Origin: Hyalangium minutum
Lineage (GTDB): Bacteria; Myxococcota; Myxococcia; Myxococcales; Myxococcaceae
Reading direction: 5' to 3'
Assembly (NCBI RefSeq): GCF_000737315.1
Contig: NZ_JMCB01000005.1
Span: forward strand, 20,001 to 144,000
DNA length: 124,000 bases
Translations under genes and position numbers: made by a program
Shown here: positions 18,390 to 28,456 of the stretch, in pieces
Layout of the letters: every line of letters starts with the position of its first letter
How positions within the stretch are numbered: position 1 is the first letter of the stretch
The notes under the pieces: model-generated
Seen by the model: only the letters and a program-made list of their open reading frames with translations
Databases searched by the model: none
What the model was told of the DNA's origin: nothing

Positions 18390-20518
18390 GCGCCGTGGAC
18401 GCGGCCTCCTGGCCTCTGGAGCGCCTCTCGGAGGCGATGCTCGCTCTGGGCCGCTGGAGCGGGCTGGTGCCGAAGCAGGTGGAGCTGGCGCCGCCTCCGG
18501 GCTGGCTGGGCACGGGCGACCGCTATCAGCTGACGCGGTGGATCGCCGCGGCGGGCCGGTGGATCGGGGTGGACGTGGTGCACCTCGACACGCCTTATGT
18601 GGAGGTGGACTCGCTGCTGCGGGGCGCGGGGCCGGCGCTGCTGATGCTGTCGGAGAGCGATGCGCAGGTGCCGCGCTTCCTGCTGCTGGCGCGGGGCGGC
18701 CGGCACAAGGTCAGCGTCCTCGGGCCGGATCTCCAGCTCCACGCGCTGCCACTCGAGGAGGTCCGCAAGCGGCTCTGCCACCGGTTGGAGAGCCACGTCC
18801 GAAAGGATGTCGAGGAGGTACTGGCGGCCACAGGCCTGAAGGGGCGGCGCCGGCGGCGGGCCGAGGACGGGCTCTATCGAGGGCTGCTCGGATCCAGGAA
18901 CGTCTCGGGCTGCTGGGGGCTCCGTCCGCTGCCGGGGAGCGACTTCTGGCATCAGGCTCAGCAGGCCGGGCTGATGCGGCGGCTGGGCACGTTCCTGGGG
19001 GCCCATGCCCTCCAGTATGGGCTCTGGCTGGTGTCGTGGTGGCTGATCGGCAAGGCGGCGCTGGAGGGGATTCTCGCTCCAGGGTGGTTGCTGGCGTGGG
19101 GGCTCGTTCTCGCGACGGTGATTCCCCTGCGCTTGCTGGCCTCGTGGTCCGGCGGGCACCTGGCCATCCTCGTGGGCACGCTGCTCAAGCAGCGCCTGCT
19201 GGTAGGGGCGCTCAAGCTGGAGCCCGAGGAGATCCGCACTCAAGGCACAGGCCAGCTCCTGGGCAAGGTCCTCGAGTCCCAGGCCGTCGAGTCGCTCGCC
19301 ATCAGTGGAGGCCTGAGCGCGGGAATGGCTTCGATCGAGCTGCTCGCAGCGGGGCTGCTCTTCCTCGCCGCGCCCAGTGGGACGTTGTCCCTGGCGCTGC
19401 TGGTGGGCACGCTCGGGGTGATGGGGTACTGCGCGGTGCGCTACTGGCGGGCGCGCCAGCGGTGGACCCACCAGCGCCTCACCCTGACGCATACGCTGGT
19501 GGAGAACCTGCTGGGACACCGCACGCGGATCGTCCAGCAGCCTCGGGAGCAGTGGCACACCTCCGAGGATCAAGCGCTCGAGGACTACCTGGCGCCCTCC
19601 CGCTCCGTGGATCGCGCGGCGGTGGTGCTGAGCCTGCTCATCCCGCATGCGTGGCTGATCCTCGGAGTGGCAGGTCTGGCGCCTGCCTTCCTGGGCGGGG
19701 CGGCGGGCGTGTCGGACGTGGCCGTGGTGCTGGGCATCACGCTGCTGGCGTACCAGTCCCTGCGGCGGTTCGCCTCGGGACTGATCAACCTGTCGGGAGC
19801 GGGGATCGCCTGGAGCCAGATCCGCGCCATCTTCCAGGCGGCGGCGAGGCCGGAGCGGGCGGGGCACCCGGAGTTCGCGCTGGCCCGGCAGGGCGAGGCA
19901 CCCTCACATGCAGTGGTGAATGGCTCGGGGCTCGTCTACCGGTATGAGGGGCGGGTGACTCCCGTGCTGAGCGGCGCGGATCTGCGCATCCACCTCGGCG
20001 AGCGGATCCTCCTGGAGGGGCCCTCGGGAGGCGGCAAGTCCACGCTCGGCTCGGTGCTCGCGGGACTGCGCTCCCAGGAGTCGGGCCTGCTGCTCGCGGA
20101 TGGACTGGACCGCCACACGCTGGGGGATGTGGGCTGGGCGCGGCGGATTGTCTCGGCGCCGCAGTTCCACGAGAACCACGTGCTGACGGGCACCTTCGCC
20201 TTCAACCTGCTGATGGGCTGCGAGTGGCCTCCCCGTGGTGCGGACCTCCAAGAGGCGGAGGCCCTCTGTCACGAGCTGGGGCTGGGGGAGCTCCTCTCCC
20301 GGATGCCCTCGGGGCTCCAGCAGCAGTTGGGAGAGATTGGCTGGCAGCTCTCGCATGGTGAGCGCAGCCGCCTCTTCATTGCCCGGGCGCTGCTGCAGAA
20401 GTCGAGCCTCGTCATCCTCGACGAGAGCTTTGCCGCGCTGGATCCGGAGACGCTCCGGGTGGCCATGCGCTGTGTCTTCGAGCGCGCGCCCAGCCTGCTC
20501 GTCATCGCCCACCCGTAG
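18386..20518 (+). CDS. ABC exporter, second half (no catalytic C39 motif)
   Basis: TM domain, GPSGGGKST, LSHGERSR, LDESF. Confidence 0.9.
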   Translation: MSAVDAASWPLERLSEAMLALGRWSGLVPKQVELAPPPGWLGTGDRYQLTRWIAAAGRWIGVDVVHLDTPYVEVDSLLRGAGPALLMLSESDAQVPRFLLLARGGRHKVSVLGPDLQLHALPLEEVRKRLCHRLESHVRKDVEEVLAATGLKGRRRRRAEDGLYRGLLGSRNVSGCWGLRPLPGSDFWHQAQQAGLMRRLGTFLGAHALQYGLWLVSWWLIGKAALEGILAPGWLLAWGLVLATVIPLRLLASWSGGHLAILVGTLLKQRLLVGALKLEPEEIRTQGTGQLLGKVLESQAVESLAISGGLSAGMASIELLAAGLLFLAAPSGTLSLALLVGTLGVMGYCAVRYWRARQRWTHQRLTLTHTLVENLLGHRTRIVQQPREQWHTSEDQALEDYLAPSRSVDRAAVVLSLLIPHAWLILGVAGLAPAFLGGAAGVSDVAVVLGITLLAYQSLRRFASGLINLSGAGIAWSQIRAIFQAAARPERAGHPEFALARQGEAPSHAVVNGSGLVYRYEGRVTPVLSGADLRIHLGERILLEGPSGGGKSTLGSVLAGLRSQESGLLLADGLDRHTLGDVGWARRIVSAPQFHENHVLTGTFAFNLLMGCEWPPRGADLQEAEALCHELGLGELLSRMPSGLQQQLGEIGWQLSHGERSRLFIARALLQKSSLVILDESFAALDPETLRVAMRCVFERAPSLLVIAHP

Positions 20519-20607
20519 AGCGCCTCACGTTGGCGTACAGGCTCCTGCCCGGCCTCCGCGGGCCAGAGAGACTTGCCCCGCGAGGAACGCCGTGACATAT
20601 TTTGGTC

Positions 20608-22116
20608 ATGCAACCAAGATTGATGGACACCGCGAGGGTTGTGCGTCAGGAGGCTGGCATCCGGACGGATCTGCCGTGCTTCCTGTTGCGAGGGGTGTTC
20701 TCCCGGGGCGAGTGTGCCCAAGTCATCCAGGAGGCGGAGGAGGCGGGCTTCCAGGCGATGGGAGGGGACTACCCGCCCTCGTACCGGGACAACGACCGCC
20801 GGGTCCGCGACGACGCGGCGCTGGCGGAGGCTGTCTTCGAGCGCATTCGTCCCTTCTTGCCTGAGCGGCTCGTGGACGCGTCGGGTGAGGCGTGGCGCCT
20901 GCAGGGGCTCAACCCGCGCTTCCGCTTCTGCCGCTACCGGGGAGGCCAGCGGTTCTGCATCCACCGGGATGGGGCGTATGCACAGAGCCCCCAGGTGCGC
21001 TCGCGGCTGACGTGCATGCTGTACCTCAACGACAGCGGGGAGTTCTCCGGCGGAGCGACGCGCTACTACGCCGAGCGCACGGAGGACGCGGGGTTGCTGG
21101 GCGTGGTGCGGCCCGAGGCGGGCACGCTGATCGTCTTCGACCACGAGCTCTGGCACGACGGAGAGGCCGTCACCTCGGGCACCAAGTACGTGATGCGGAC
21201 GGATGTCCTCTATGAGCGCGAGTCGCTCGGGCGCGGTGACACGGCGGAGGTGCTCACCGGGCACCAGGGCTACGTCTGGCATGTGCTGGCCCGCCGGGAT
21301 GGGAGCCTGGCCACCGCCTCCCGCGATGGGACCGTGCGGCTGTGGAAGCAGTCGAGGGACACGTGGCGGCAGGACGCGGTGCTCACGGGGCACACGGCTT
21401 CGGTCGTCGCGCTGGCGGAGGACAGCGAGGGAAGGCTGTGGAGCGCGTCGCGAGACCGCACCGTGCGCCGCTGGGAGGCGGGGACCTCTCAGGTCATCGG
21501 CCGTCACGAGGGAGCCGTGCTGTGCCTCGCCGCGCTGCCGGATGGGCAGCTGGCGAGCGGTGGCGCGGATGGAGCCATTCGCTTGTGGTCCGCACAGGGA
21601 GCGCCCCTCGGTGTCCTGCGTGGACACACCGGCTGGATCTGGGCGCTCGTTCCGCTCGAGGGCGGACGGCTCGCCTCGGCCTCCGAGGACGGCACGGTGC
21701 GCCTGTGGAGCCTGGAGACGCTGCGTGAGGCCTCCGCACCCGCAGAGACTGGAGCACCGGTGCGTGCACTCGCCGCCCTTCCTTCCGGAAGGCTCATCTC
21801 CGGCCAGGCCACAGGGGAACTCTCCCAGTGGCAGCTCGTGCAGGCTCCTCACCTGGCCCTGGAGCTTCGGGGTTGCCGCCGTGTGCACACCGGTGCTGTG
21901 TGCTCCATCGCTCCGCTCAGTGAGGACAGGGTGGCGAGCGGCGGAGAAGACGACGGCATTCATGTCACCCGCCTGCCGGACTTCACCTCCCTGGCCTCCC
22001 ACCGCCACGAGGGCTTCGTCCGGAGCCTCGCGGTACTGCCTGGGGAGCGGCTCGCGAGCGCCTCCTACGACACCACCGTGCGGCTGTGGCATCCGCCGCA
22101 GCTCCTGCCCGCGTGA
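20608..22116 (+). CDS. 2OG-Fe(II) oxygenase (prolyl-hydroxylase-like) fused to WD40 repeats
   Basis: HRD...H..(K)YVMR facial-triad motifs; about 7 GH...W/SAS.D.TVRLW repeats. Confidence 0.88.
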   Translation: MQPRLMDTARVVRQEAGIRTDLPCFLLRGVFSRGECAQVIQEAEEAGFQAMGGDYPPSYRDNDRRVRDDAALAEAVFERIRPFLPERLVDASGEAWRLQGLNPRFRFCRYRGGQRFCIHRDGAYAQSPQVRSRLTCMLYLNDSGEFSGGATRYYAERTEDAGLLGVVRPEAGTLIVFDHELWHDGEAVTSGTKYVMRTDVLYERESLGRGDTAEVLTGHQGYVWHVLARRDGSLATASRDGTVRLWKQSRDTWRQDAVLTGHTASVVALAEDSEGRLWSASRDRTVRRWEAGTSQVIGRHEGAVLCLAALPDGQLASGGADGAIRLWSAQGAPLGVLRGHTGWIWALVPLEGGRLASASEDGTVRLWSLETLREASAPAETGAPVRALAALPSGRLISGQATGELSQWQLVQAPHLALELRGCRRVHTGAVCSIAPLSEDRVASGGEDDGIHVTRLPDFTSLASHRHEGFVRSLAVLPGERLASASYDTTVRLWHPPQLLPA

Positions 22117-22280
22117 GCCTCCGAGCGCCCGGCGGCATGCCTGCTGAGCCTCGCTAGGCGCAGGGCGGACGGATCGCCGCGAGCCTGCTCTCTCGCTTGC
22201 TTCCCCCTGTGACCCACAGCGTCGATCACCACCATGAAGGGACCACGGCGAGTGAGAGAGTTGCCGGCCGGGACCCGACC

Positions 22281-23666
22281 ATGTTGCACGATGCCATCGA
22301 CACCTCCCTATTCCCCGCCTTCCCGCCCCAGGTCCTCGAGGAACTGAAGCGGGAAGGCCAGCTGCGAACCTTCCAGCCTGGTGAGGACCTCTTCATGGAG
22401 GGGCAGGAGGATCCAGGCATCTTCTTCATCCTCTCGGGCGAGGTCCGCATCACCCGGCGCCAAGGCGGCGAGGAGCAGGTGCTGGCCGTCCACCGGCTCG
22501 GAGCGTTCGTAGGCGAGCTCGCCATGCTGGCCGGAGGCACTGCCACCTGCACGGGCCGTGCGCTGAGGCCCACGCGGGTGCTGCAACTGAGCGCGGACAG
22601 GTTCCGCCGCGGTGTGTCCGAGGGCACGCCCCTGGCGAGGTTCGCGCTCCAGTCCGTGGTGGCACGGCACCAGGAGGTGGAGGCGCAGGTCCGCGAGCAG
22701 GAGAAGCTGGCGGCGCTGGGCCGCATGGCCGCGAGCCTGACTCACGAGCTGAACAACCCCGCGGCTGCGGCCCGGCGCGCGGCGGATCAGCTTCGCGAGG
22801 AGTGCCTCACCTCTCAGCAGCGCTCGCTCGCCCAGGATCGCCGGCTGACCGAGGCCCAGTGCAAGGCCCTGTCGGAAGTGCTGCAGGCCCTGCTCGTCTC
22901 GAAGCCCCAGGTCTTGGATGCCCTGGCACGGAGTGCGCTGGAGGACGCGCTCCTCGAGTGGCTGTCGGACCATGGCATGCGGCAGTCGTTCTCTCGCGCC
23001 TCCACCCTGGCGAACGCGGGAGTGGATGTGCCGCACCTGGAGGAACTGGGGGCGGTGCTGGAGGGACAGGCACTGCAGGTGGGGCTGGCGTGGCTCGAGG
23101 CGACGCTCTCGTTGGCGGAGCTCGCGGAGGTGCTCGTCTCGAGCACGGAGCGGCTCACCTCGCTCATCGCCGCTGTGAAGCAGTACACGTACAAGGACCA
23201 GGACACGCTCCAGGAGGTGGACCTGCACTCGGGGCTGGAGGCGACGCTGGCCATGTTCGCCCACCGGATGCGCGGCGGCGTGACGGTGACGCGCGACTAC
23301 GACACCTCGCTGCCCAAGCTCTGGGCCCATGGCGGCGAGCTGAACCAGGTGTGGACCAACCTCATCGAGAACGCCCTGGACGCCATGAAGGACCGCGGCA
23401 CGCTGCTGGTGAGCACCAGCCGCCACGGAGACGAGGTCCACGTGGAGATCGGCGACGACGGCCCAGGCATTCCCGAGGAGCTGCAGTCGCGCATCTGGGA
23501 GCCGTTCTTCACCACCAAGCTCCTGGGCCAGGGCACGGGGCTGGGGCTGGACATCGCGCGGCGCATCGTCGAGCGCCGGCTCGGCGGGCGAATCCACCTG
23601 CAGTCGAAGCCGGGGGACACGCGCTTCCGGGTGGAGCTGCCGCTCAAGCCTGAGCTGCCCCACTAG
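22281..23666 (+). CDS. cNMP-binding-domain histidine kinase
   Basis: Crp-like N-terminus (FVGELAML), HELNNP, NQVWTNLIENA, GTGLGL. Confidence 0.9.
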   Translation: MLHDAIDTSLFPAFPPQVLEELKREGQLRTFQPGEDLFMEGQEDPGIFFILSGEVRITRRQGGEEQVLAVHRLGAFVGELAMLAGGTATCTGRALRPTRVLQLSADRFRRGVSEGTPLARFALQSVVARHQEVEAQVREQEKLAALGRMAASLTHELNNPAAAARRAADQLREECLTSQQRSLAQDRRLTEAQCKALSEVLQALLVSKPQVLDALARSALEDALLEWLSDHGMRQSFSRASTLANAGVDVPHLEELGAVLEGQALQVGLAWLEATLSLAELAEVLVSSTERLTSLIAAVKQYTYKDQDTLQEVDLHSGLEATLAMFAHRMRGGVTVTRDYDTSLPKLWAHGGELNQVWTNLIENALDAMKDRGTLLVSTSRHGDEVHVEIGDDGPGIPEELQSRIWEPFFTTKLLGQGTGLGLDIARRIVERRLGGRIHLQSKPGDTRFRVELPLKPELPH

Positions 23667-23807
23667 CGCCCTGTACGAGGCCTGCCTGGTTGCTCCGGGG
23701 GCGGGCTGACTCCAGGTGGGCTGTCCGGCTGATGGGTGGTGGCCGGGCGCGGGGGTGCTCATCCCTTAGAGGCAATGGGGGGCCTGGATGCCTCCCGGGG
23801 AGCGGGC

Positions 23808-24284
23808 ATGAGACAGAGCGGCTTTCGAGCGTGGAAGGTGTTGGCCGGCCTGGCCGTGGCTGGGCTGTGTGCGGGCTGCAAGTATCTGCCAGATACAGGC
23901 TCCGTCAGGCAGGAGGGACCTCCCGAGACCTTCTTCGGAACCGAGAAGGCTCACCTGCCTCCGGGCACCTACGCCCGGTACCAGTACTCGCCGGACCGGG
24001 GCTACAACGGCACCATCGCGCAGCTCGGCTCGAGCATTGATCCGCGCACGCCCGAGGCGGCGGGCAAGCTGGGCAACTCGCGCTTGGTGGATGTGACAGG
24101 CCGGCCCGCCCCCCCGGCGCCCGAGCTGGGCGTCAGCGGTAAAGACGTCGCGCTCGAGGTGGGTAATCCCGAAGGCTCGGCTGACATGGGTTGGCGGGCA
24201 CGCCTGGGCTACGATGTGCGCACGAGGAACATCGGCGGTCCTCGATCCGCCGAGAGTCAGCGCGGGTACATCCCGGGCCCATGA
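23808..24284 (+). CDS. Hypothetical lipoprotein
   Basis: CAGC lipobox. Confidence 0.6.
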   Translation: MRQSGFRAWKVLAGLAVAGLCAGCKYLPDTGSVRQEGPPETFFGTEKAHLPPGTYARYQYSPDRGYNGTIAQLGSSIDPRTPEAAGKLGNSRLVDVTGRPAPPAPELGVSGKDVALEVGNPEGSADMGWRARLGYDVRTRNIGGPRSAESQRGYIPGP

Positions 24285-24321
24285 GCTTCTCGGAGTCACA
24301 CGGCGGATGACACCTGCCCCC

Positions 24322-26592
24322 CTACGCAGCGCGGACCTTCACGGGCACGTGTTTGTGGTAGGGCGTGCGTGCCAGCGGGTCACAATGCTCGCTCGCCGTG
24401 AGGCGGTTGAGCTGCGGTCCCGCTGGCTCCCCCCCGCGATAGCGCATCCCGTACCCGTGGGGGAGCGTGACCATCCCAGGGCGGAGCGCTTCGTCGAGCT
24501 CGATGGTGACCGCAAGCTCGCCGGTGTCCGACGTGCAGATCGCTCTCGAGCCCTGCACCAGGCCGAGCGCCCGCGCGTCATCCGGGTGCATGCGCATCGC
24601 CCCTTCGAGGTCCGTCTTGCGCCAGGCCGGATCGCGGAAGATCTGGTTGGCGTTGTACGAGCGGCGTTCGCCCGCGAGCAGCACGAGCGGAGGGACGGCC
24701 TCGGGCTCGTCTCGCAGGGCGCGCAGGGCGGCGAGCATCTCGGGGATGTCGAGGTGGATGCGTCCGTCGGCGTGCCGGAGAAATGACCAGGCGTCGTCAA
24801 ACGTGTGGCGCGTCACGAGCACCCCCTCCGGACGATCGAGGATGGCACGGAAGAGCGAGGCTCCGAGGGTGAGGCGATTCCCACGGTGGCCAGCCCTCTG
24901 GACCGCGGCCCGCTCCCGGTTCGCCAGGTCGAGCGTGAGCCCGAGCAGCGGGGCCGTGGCGGCGGGCGGCACGCGCTCCGGGTTCGCGCGCGCGGTTCTC
25001 AGCACCGGGCCGAGCGTGCGATAGGCGATGGACGCCGCGTAGGGGCGCAGGCGCGGCTTGGCTGCGAGCTGGGCGGCGAACGCGGCCAGGAATCCGAAGG
25101 GGTGCGTTGCTGCTGGCTCCACCTCGGCGATGCGCTTGAGCACGGGGAACGTGCGCGGGAGCTCGCCCATCGACTCGAGGAGCCGTGTGTAGATCTCCGC
25201 CTCCGGCAGGGTCTCGGCGCGAGGCGGAAAGAGCGGGTGCCGCACGTGAAATGCGTTGTCCGGGAACTCCAGGTTGAAGCCGGTGCACTCCCACTTCTCG
25301 AACTGCGTAGCCGCCGGCAACACGTAGTGCGCCAGACGTGCGGTCTCCGTCATCGCCACGTCCACGACGACCAGGAGCTCCAGCTTCGAGAAGGCTCGCT
25401 CGTAAGCCGCCGTGTTCGCGCCGGTGAGCACGGGGTTGGCGCTGTCCACGAACATCGCACGGAGGCGATCCTCGCCCTCGTGCTGAATCTCGTCCGGCAG
25501 GATGTTCGGTGGGTACAGCCCGGCGATGGGGTACATCCCGTGGTGAGCGGTGCGCGGGTGGCGCGTGTTGCGCTCGTCGGTATGGCCCAGGATGGGCAGG
25601 AGGAACGAGTGGAAGTTGTTCCCGCCGCGCTTGCCGAAGTGCCCGGTGACGAGAAACAGCAGCTTCTCGAGGTACGAGTTGAGCGTGCTGTGCAGGCTCT
25701 GCTGCAGCCCGAGGTCGACGCGGACGCACGCCGCGCGCGCCTGCGCGAAGCCCCGTGCAACCCGCTCGACGTCCGCGAGCGGCACATCGGCCCGGCGAAC
25801 GAACGCTTCGATTGGAATCGAGCGAAGCGCCTCCTCTAACGCCGGAAAGCCCGTGCAGCGGCGGGAGAGGAACTCGCGGTGGTGCAGCCCGTCCCGGACG
25901 ATGATCGCAAGCATGGCCGCCAGGAGAAATGCGTCGGTCCCCGGGCGGGGCTGGAGGTGCACGTCCGCCAGGCGTGCAGTCTCCGTCTTGCGCGGATCGA
26001 TGACCACCATCGTGCGCGCCGGGTCCTTCTTCAGCTCGCGCAGCGTGTCGCGAGCGTTGGGAATCCCGTGCGCTTGGAAGGGATTGGTGCCGGCGAACAG
26101 GACGAAGTCGGCGTGCTCGACATCCTCCGTGAGGTGGCAGCGCTGATCGCCGAACAGGCGGCCGTTGACCCAGAAGTCGCCGGTCTTTTCCTGGGCGAGC
26201 GCGCTGTAGACAAAGCGGCTCTTCATCGCCTTGAGCAACTGCCTGCTGTAGGCACCGCCGAGGTGGTTCCCCTGGCCGCCACCTCCGTAGAACGCGAAGG
26301 CGCGTCCCCCGTGGCGCTCTCGGAGCGCGATGAGCCTCTGCGCGATGTCTGCGAGCGCTTCGTCCCAGGTGACACGGACGAAGCTGCCGTCGGGCGTTCG
26401 GCGCAGCGGGTGCTCCAGGAGGTCCGCATGCTCCTGGTAGTGCGCCAGCCGCCCGGCCTTCTGACAGAGGTAGCCCTTCGACACCGGATGCGCGTCATCG
26501 CCGCGGATGCCCTTGATGCGCATCCCCTCCGTCTCGACGCGAAGACCACAGTTCCGCGAGCACAGAATGCAGGCCGTCTGTTCCGTGGGCAT
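24322..26592 (-). CDS. Molybdopterin-dependent oxidoreductase
   Basis: CILCSRNC Fe-S motif, HPVSKGYLCQK, Mo-bisPGD binding C-terminus. Confidence 0.92.
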   Translation of the reverse strand: MPTEQTACILCSRNCGLRVETEGMRIKGIRGDDAHPVSKGYLCQKAGRLAHYQEHADLLEHPLRRTPDGSFVRVTWDEALADIAQRLIALRERHGGRAFAFYGGGGQGNHLGGAYSRQLLKAMKSRFVYSALAQEKTGDFWVNGRLFGDQRCHLTEDVEHADFVLFAGTNPFQAHGIPNARDTLRELKKDPARTMVVIDPRKTETARLADVHLQPRPGTDAFLLAAMLAIIVRDGLHHREFLSRRCTGFPALEEALRSIPIEAFVRRADVPLADVERVARGFAQARAACVRVDLGLQQSLHSTLNSYLEKLLFLVTGHFGKRGGNNFHSFLLPILGHTDERNTRHPRTAHHGMYPIAGLYPPNILPDEIQHEGEDRLRAMFVDSANPVLTGANTAAYERAFSKLELLVVVDVAMTETARLAHYVLPAATQFEKWECTGFNLEFPDNAFHVRHPLFPPRAETLPEAEIYTRLLESMGELPRTFPVLKRIAEVEPAATHPFGFLAAFAAQLAAKPRLRPYAASIAYRTLGPVLRTARANPERVPPAATAPLLGLTLDLANRERAAVQRAGHRGNRLTLGASLFRAILDRPEGVLVTRHTFDDAWSFLRHADGRIHLDIPEMLAALRALRDEPEAVPPLVLLAGERRSYNANQIFRDPAWRKTDLEGAMRMHPDDARALGLVQGSRAICTSDTGELAVTIELDEALRPGMVTLPHGYGMRYRGGEPAGPQLNRLTASEHCDPLARTPYHKHVPVKVRAA

Positions 26593-26638
26593 GGCTTGAA
26601 TGATGGGATAGCGATCGTTATCCTGTCAAGACGACACC

Positions 26639-27196
26639 ATGCGTTACTCTACCGACCACAAAGCAGGCACTCGGGACAAGCTCGTGCGCGAGAGCGCGGC
26701 ACTGGCCAAGGAGCAGGGCTTCGCCGCGAGCGGGATCGACGCGCTGGCACGCTCCGCAGGCCTCACCAGCGGGGCATTCTACAAGCACTTCGAAGGCAAG
26801 GAGGCGCTGCTGGCGGCCATCTGCGAAGCGGAGCTCCAATCGACCCAGGAGCGCTTCTCATCCATCGAGCCTCAATCCGAGGAGCAGGTGCTTCGCGCGG
26901 TCGATGCGTACCTGAGCCTCGTGCACGTGCGAAGCCCTGGTGCGGGCTGCGTGTTGCCCGCTCTGGCCGCGGAGATGGGCCGCGCCCCCGCCGCCACCCG
27001 AGCCGTGGTCGAGCGCGCCTTCGAAGAGCTCGTTGCCGTCATCGCTGAGAAGGTCGGCGATCGTGCGCTCGGGAGTGCGCTCGTCACCCAGTGCGTGGGA
27101 GCGGTCTCCGTGGCTCGCGCGCTCTCGACGGAGACGGCCCAACGCGAGGTGCTCGCCCATGCGCGCGTGGCGGTACGGCGGCTGCTGAAGGCTTAG
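26639..27196 (+). CDS. TetR/AcrR regulator
   Basis: AGLTSGAFYKHF HTH; divergent from the oxidoreductase. Confidence 0.92.
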   Translation: MRYSTDHKAGTRDKLVRESAALAKEQGFAASGIDALARSAGLTSGAFYKHFEGKEALLAAICEAELQSTQERFSSIEPQSEEQVLRAVDAYLSLVHVRSPGAGCVLPALAAEMGRAPAATRAVVERAFEELVAVIAEKVGDRALGSALVTQCVGAVSVARALSTETAQREVLAHARVAVRRLLKA

Positions 27197-28290
27197 GTCA
27201 GCACCTCGGTCGGGTCCTTCCCGGCGAAGGTGCTGGCCAGGCCGTTGGCGAGCGCGCGGTGCTGCGCGTCCCCGAGCGTGGCCACCCGGTCCTCGGGAGG
27301 ATGGGCGAAGCGGGCCTCGAGCCGGGCGAGCCGGCGGTGGGCCTCGGTGATGCGCTCGCGCGGGATTCGGCCGGACTCCACGGCCTTCACCACCGCCTCG
27401 ATGGCCCGCCGCTGCACGTCCACGCGGTGGCACACGAGGAACAGATCCACTCCGGCCAGCGTGCCCTGCACCGCGGCCTCCTCCACGGAGTAGTAGTTCG
27501 CGATGGCCTTCATCTCCAGGTCATCGCTCACGAGCACCCCGTCGAAGCCCAGCTCCTGGCGCAGCAGGCCATGGAGCACCTTGTGGCTCATGGTCGCGGG
27601 CACTCCGGGCTCGATGGCGTCGAACAGCACGTGCGCCGTCATCAGCGACGCGAGCCCCGCCTTCCCGAAAGCCTTGAAGGGCACCAGCTCCACGCGGCGC
27701 AGGCGCTCCAAGTCATGCGGTAGCCGGGGCAGGGTGAGGTGGCTGTCCGTGGTGGTGTCTCCGTGGCCGGGGAAGTGCTTGCCGCACGAGGCTACGCCAC
27801 CTGCCTCCAGCCCGCGCCCGAGCGCCACGCCGAGCCGCGCCACCGTCTCCGCATCCCGGCTGAAGCTGCGGTCGCCGATGACGGGGTTGGCTGGGTTGGT
27901 GTCCACATCGAGCACGGGAGCGAAGTCCCAGTCGAAGCCCACGGCGCGCAGCTCGTGCGCGAGCAGCTGCCCCGCGCGCTCGGCGAGGCCCTCGTCCCCG
28001 CGCTGGCCCAGCTCGCGCATGGAGGGCAGGGCGGTGAAGGGCTCCCCGCGCAGCCGGGCCACGCGGCCGCCTTCCTGATCCACCGAGAGGATGAAGGGCC
28101 GCCCCGCGCGCTTCTTGATGTCCCGGCACAGCGCGGCCGTGTCCTGGGCGGAGCCGACGTTCCGCTTGAAGAGGATGGCCCCGAAGATGCCGTCGTCCAT
28201 GAGGGCGGCGAAGTCCCCATCAACGGTGGTGCCTGGGAAGCCCACCATGAAGAGGCGGGCGCAATCGCGGTAGAGGGCGGAGCGGGTCAT
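27193..28290 (-). CDS. nagZ: Beta-N-acetylhexosaminidase (GH3)
   Basis: DQEGGRV, KHFPGHGD..DSH. Confidence 0.95.
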   Translation of the reverse strand: MTRSALYRDCARLFMVGFPGTTVDGDFAALMDDGIFGAILFKRNVGSAQDTAALCRDIKKRAGRPFILSVDQEGGRVARLRGEPFTALPSMRELGQRGDEGLAERAGQLLAHELRAVGFDWDFAPVLDVDTNPANPVIGDRSFSRDAETVARLGVALGRGLEAGGVASCGKHFPGHGDTTTDSHLTLPRLPHDLERLRRVELVPFKAFGKAGLASLMTAHVLFDAIEPGVPATMSHKVLHGLLRQELGFDGVLVSDDLEMKAIANYYSVEEAAVQGTLAGVDLFLVCHRVDVQRRAIEAVVKAVESGRIPRERITEAHRRLARLEARFAHPPEDRVATLGDAQHRALANGLASTFAGKDPTEVLT

Positions 28291-28456
28291 TACGGCCTCA
28301 CCTTACCTACATTGGGCTCCAGAGGGAGGGGTGTGAACGGCTTCACACCCAGGACGTGAAGCCCGTCACAGATCCCCTGGCTGGAAAGGAGGCAGGCTTA
28401 CGCAGGGAAGCTCGGAAAGCCGTGAGGCAAGCACGGGCGTGAAAAGGGGGAACTCC

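Noticed and set aside
11299-20518. McC-like cluster as the previously undescribed system
   Set aside because: Layout and the 36/46-aa peptides match what I recall being published for Hyalangium minutum; only the flanking genes are treated as new.
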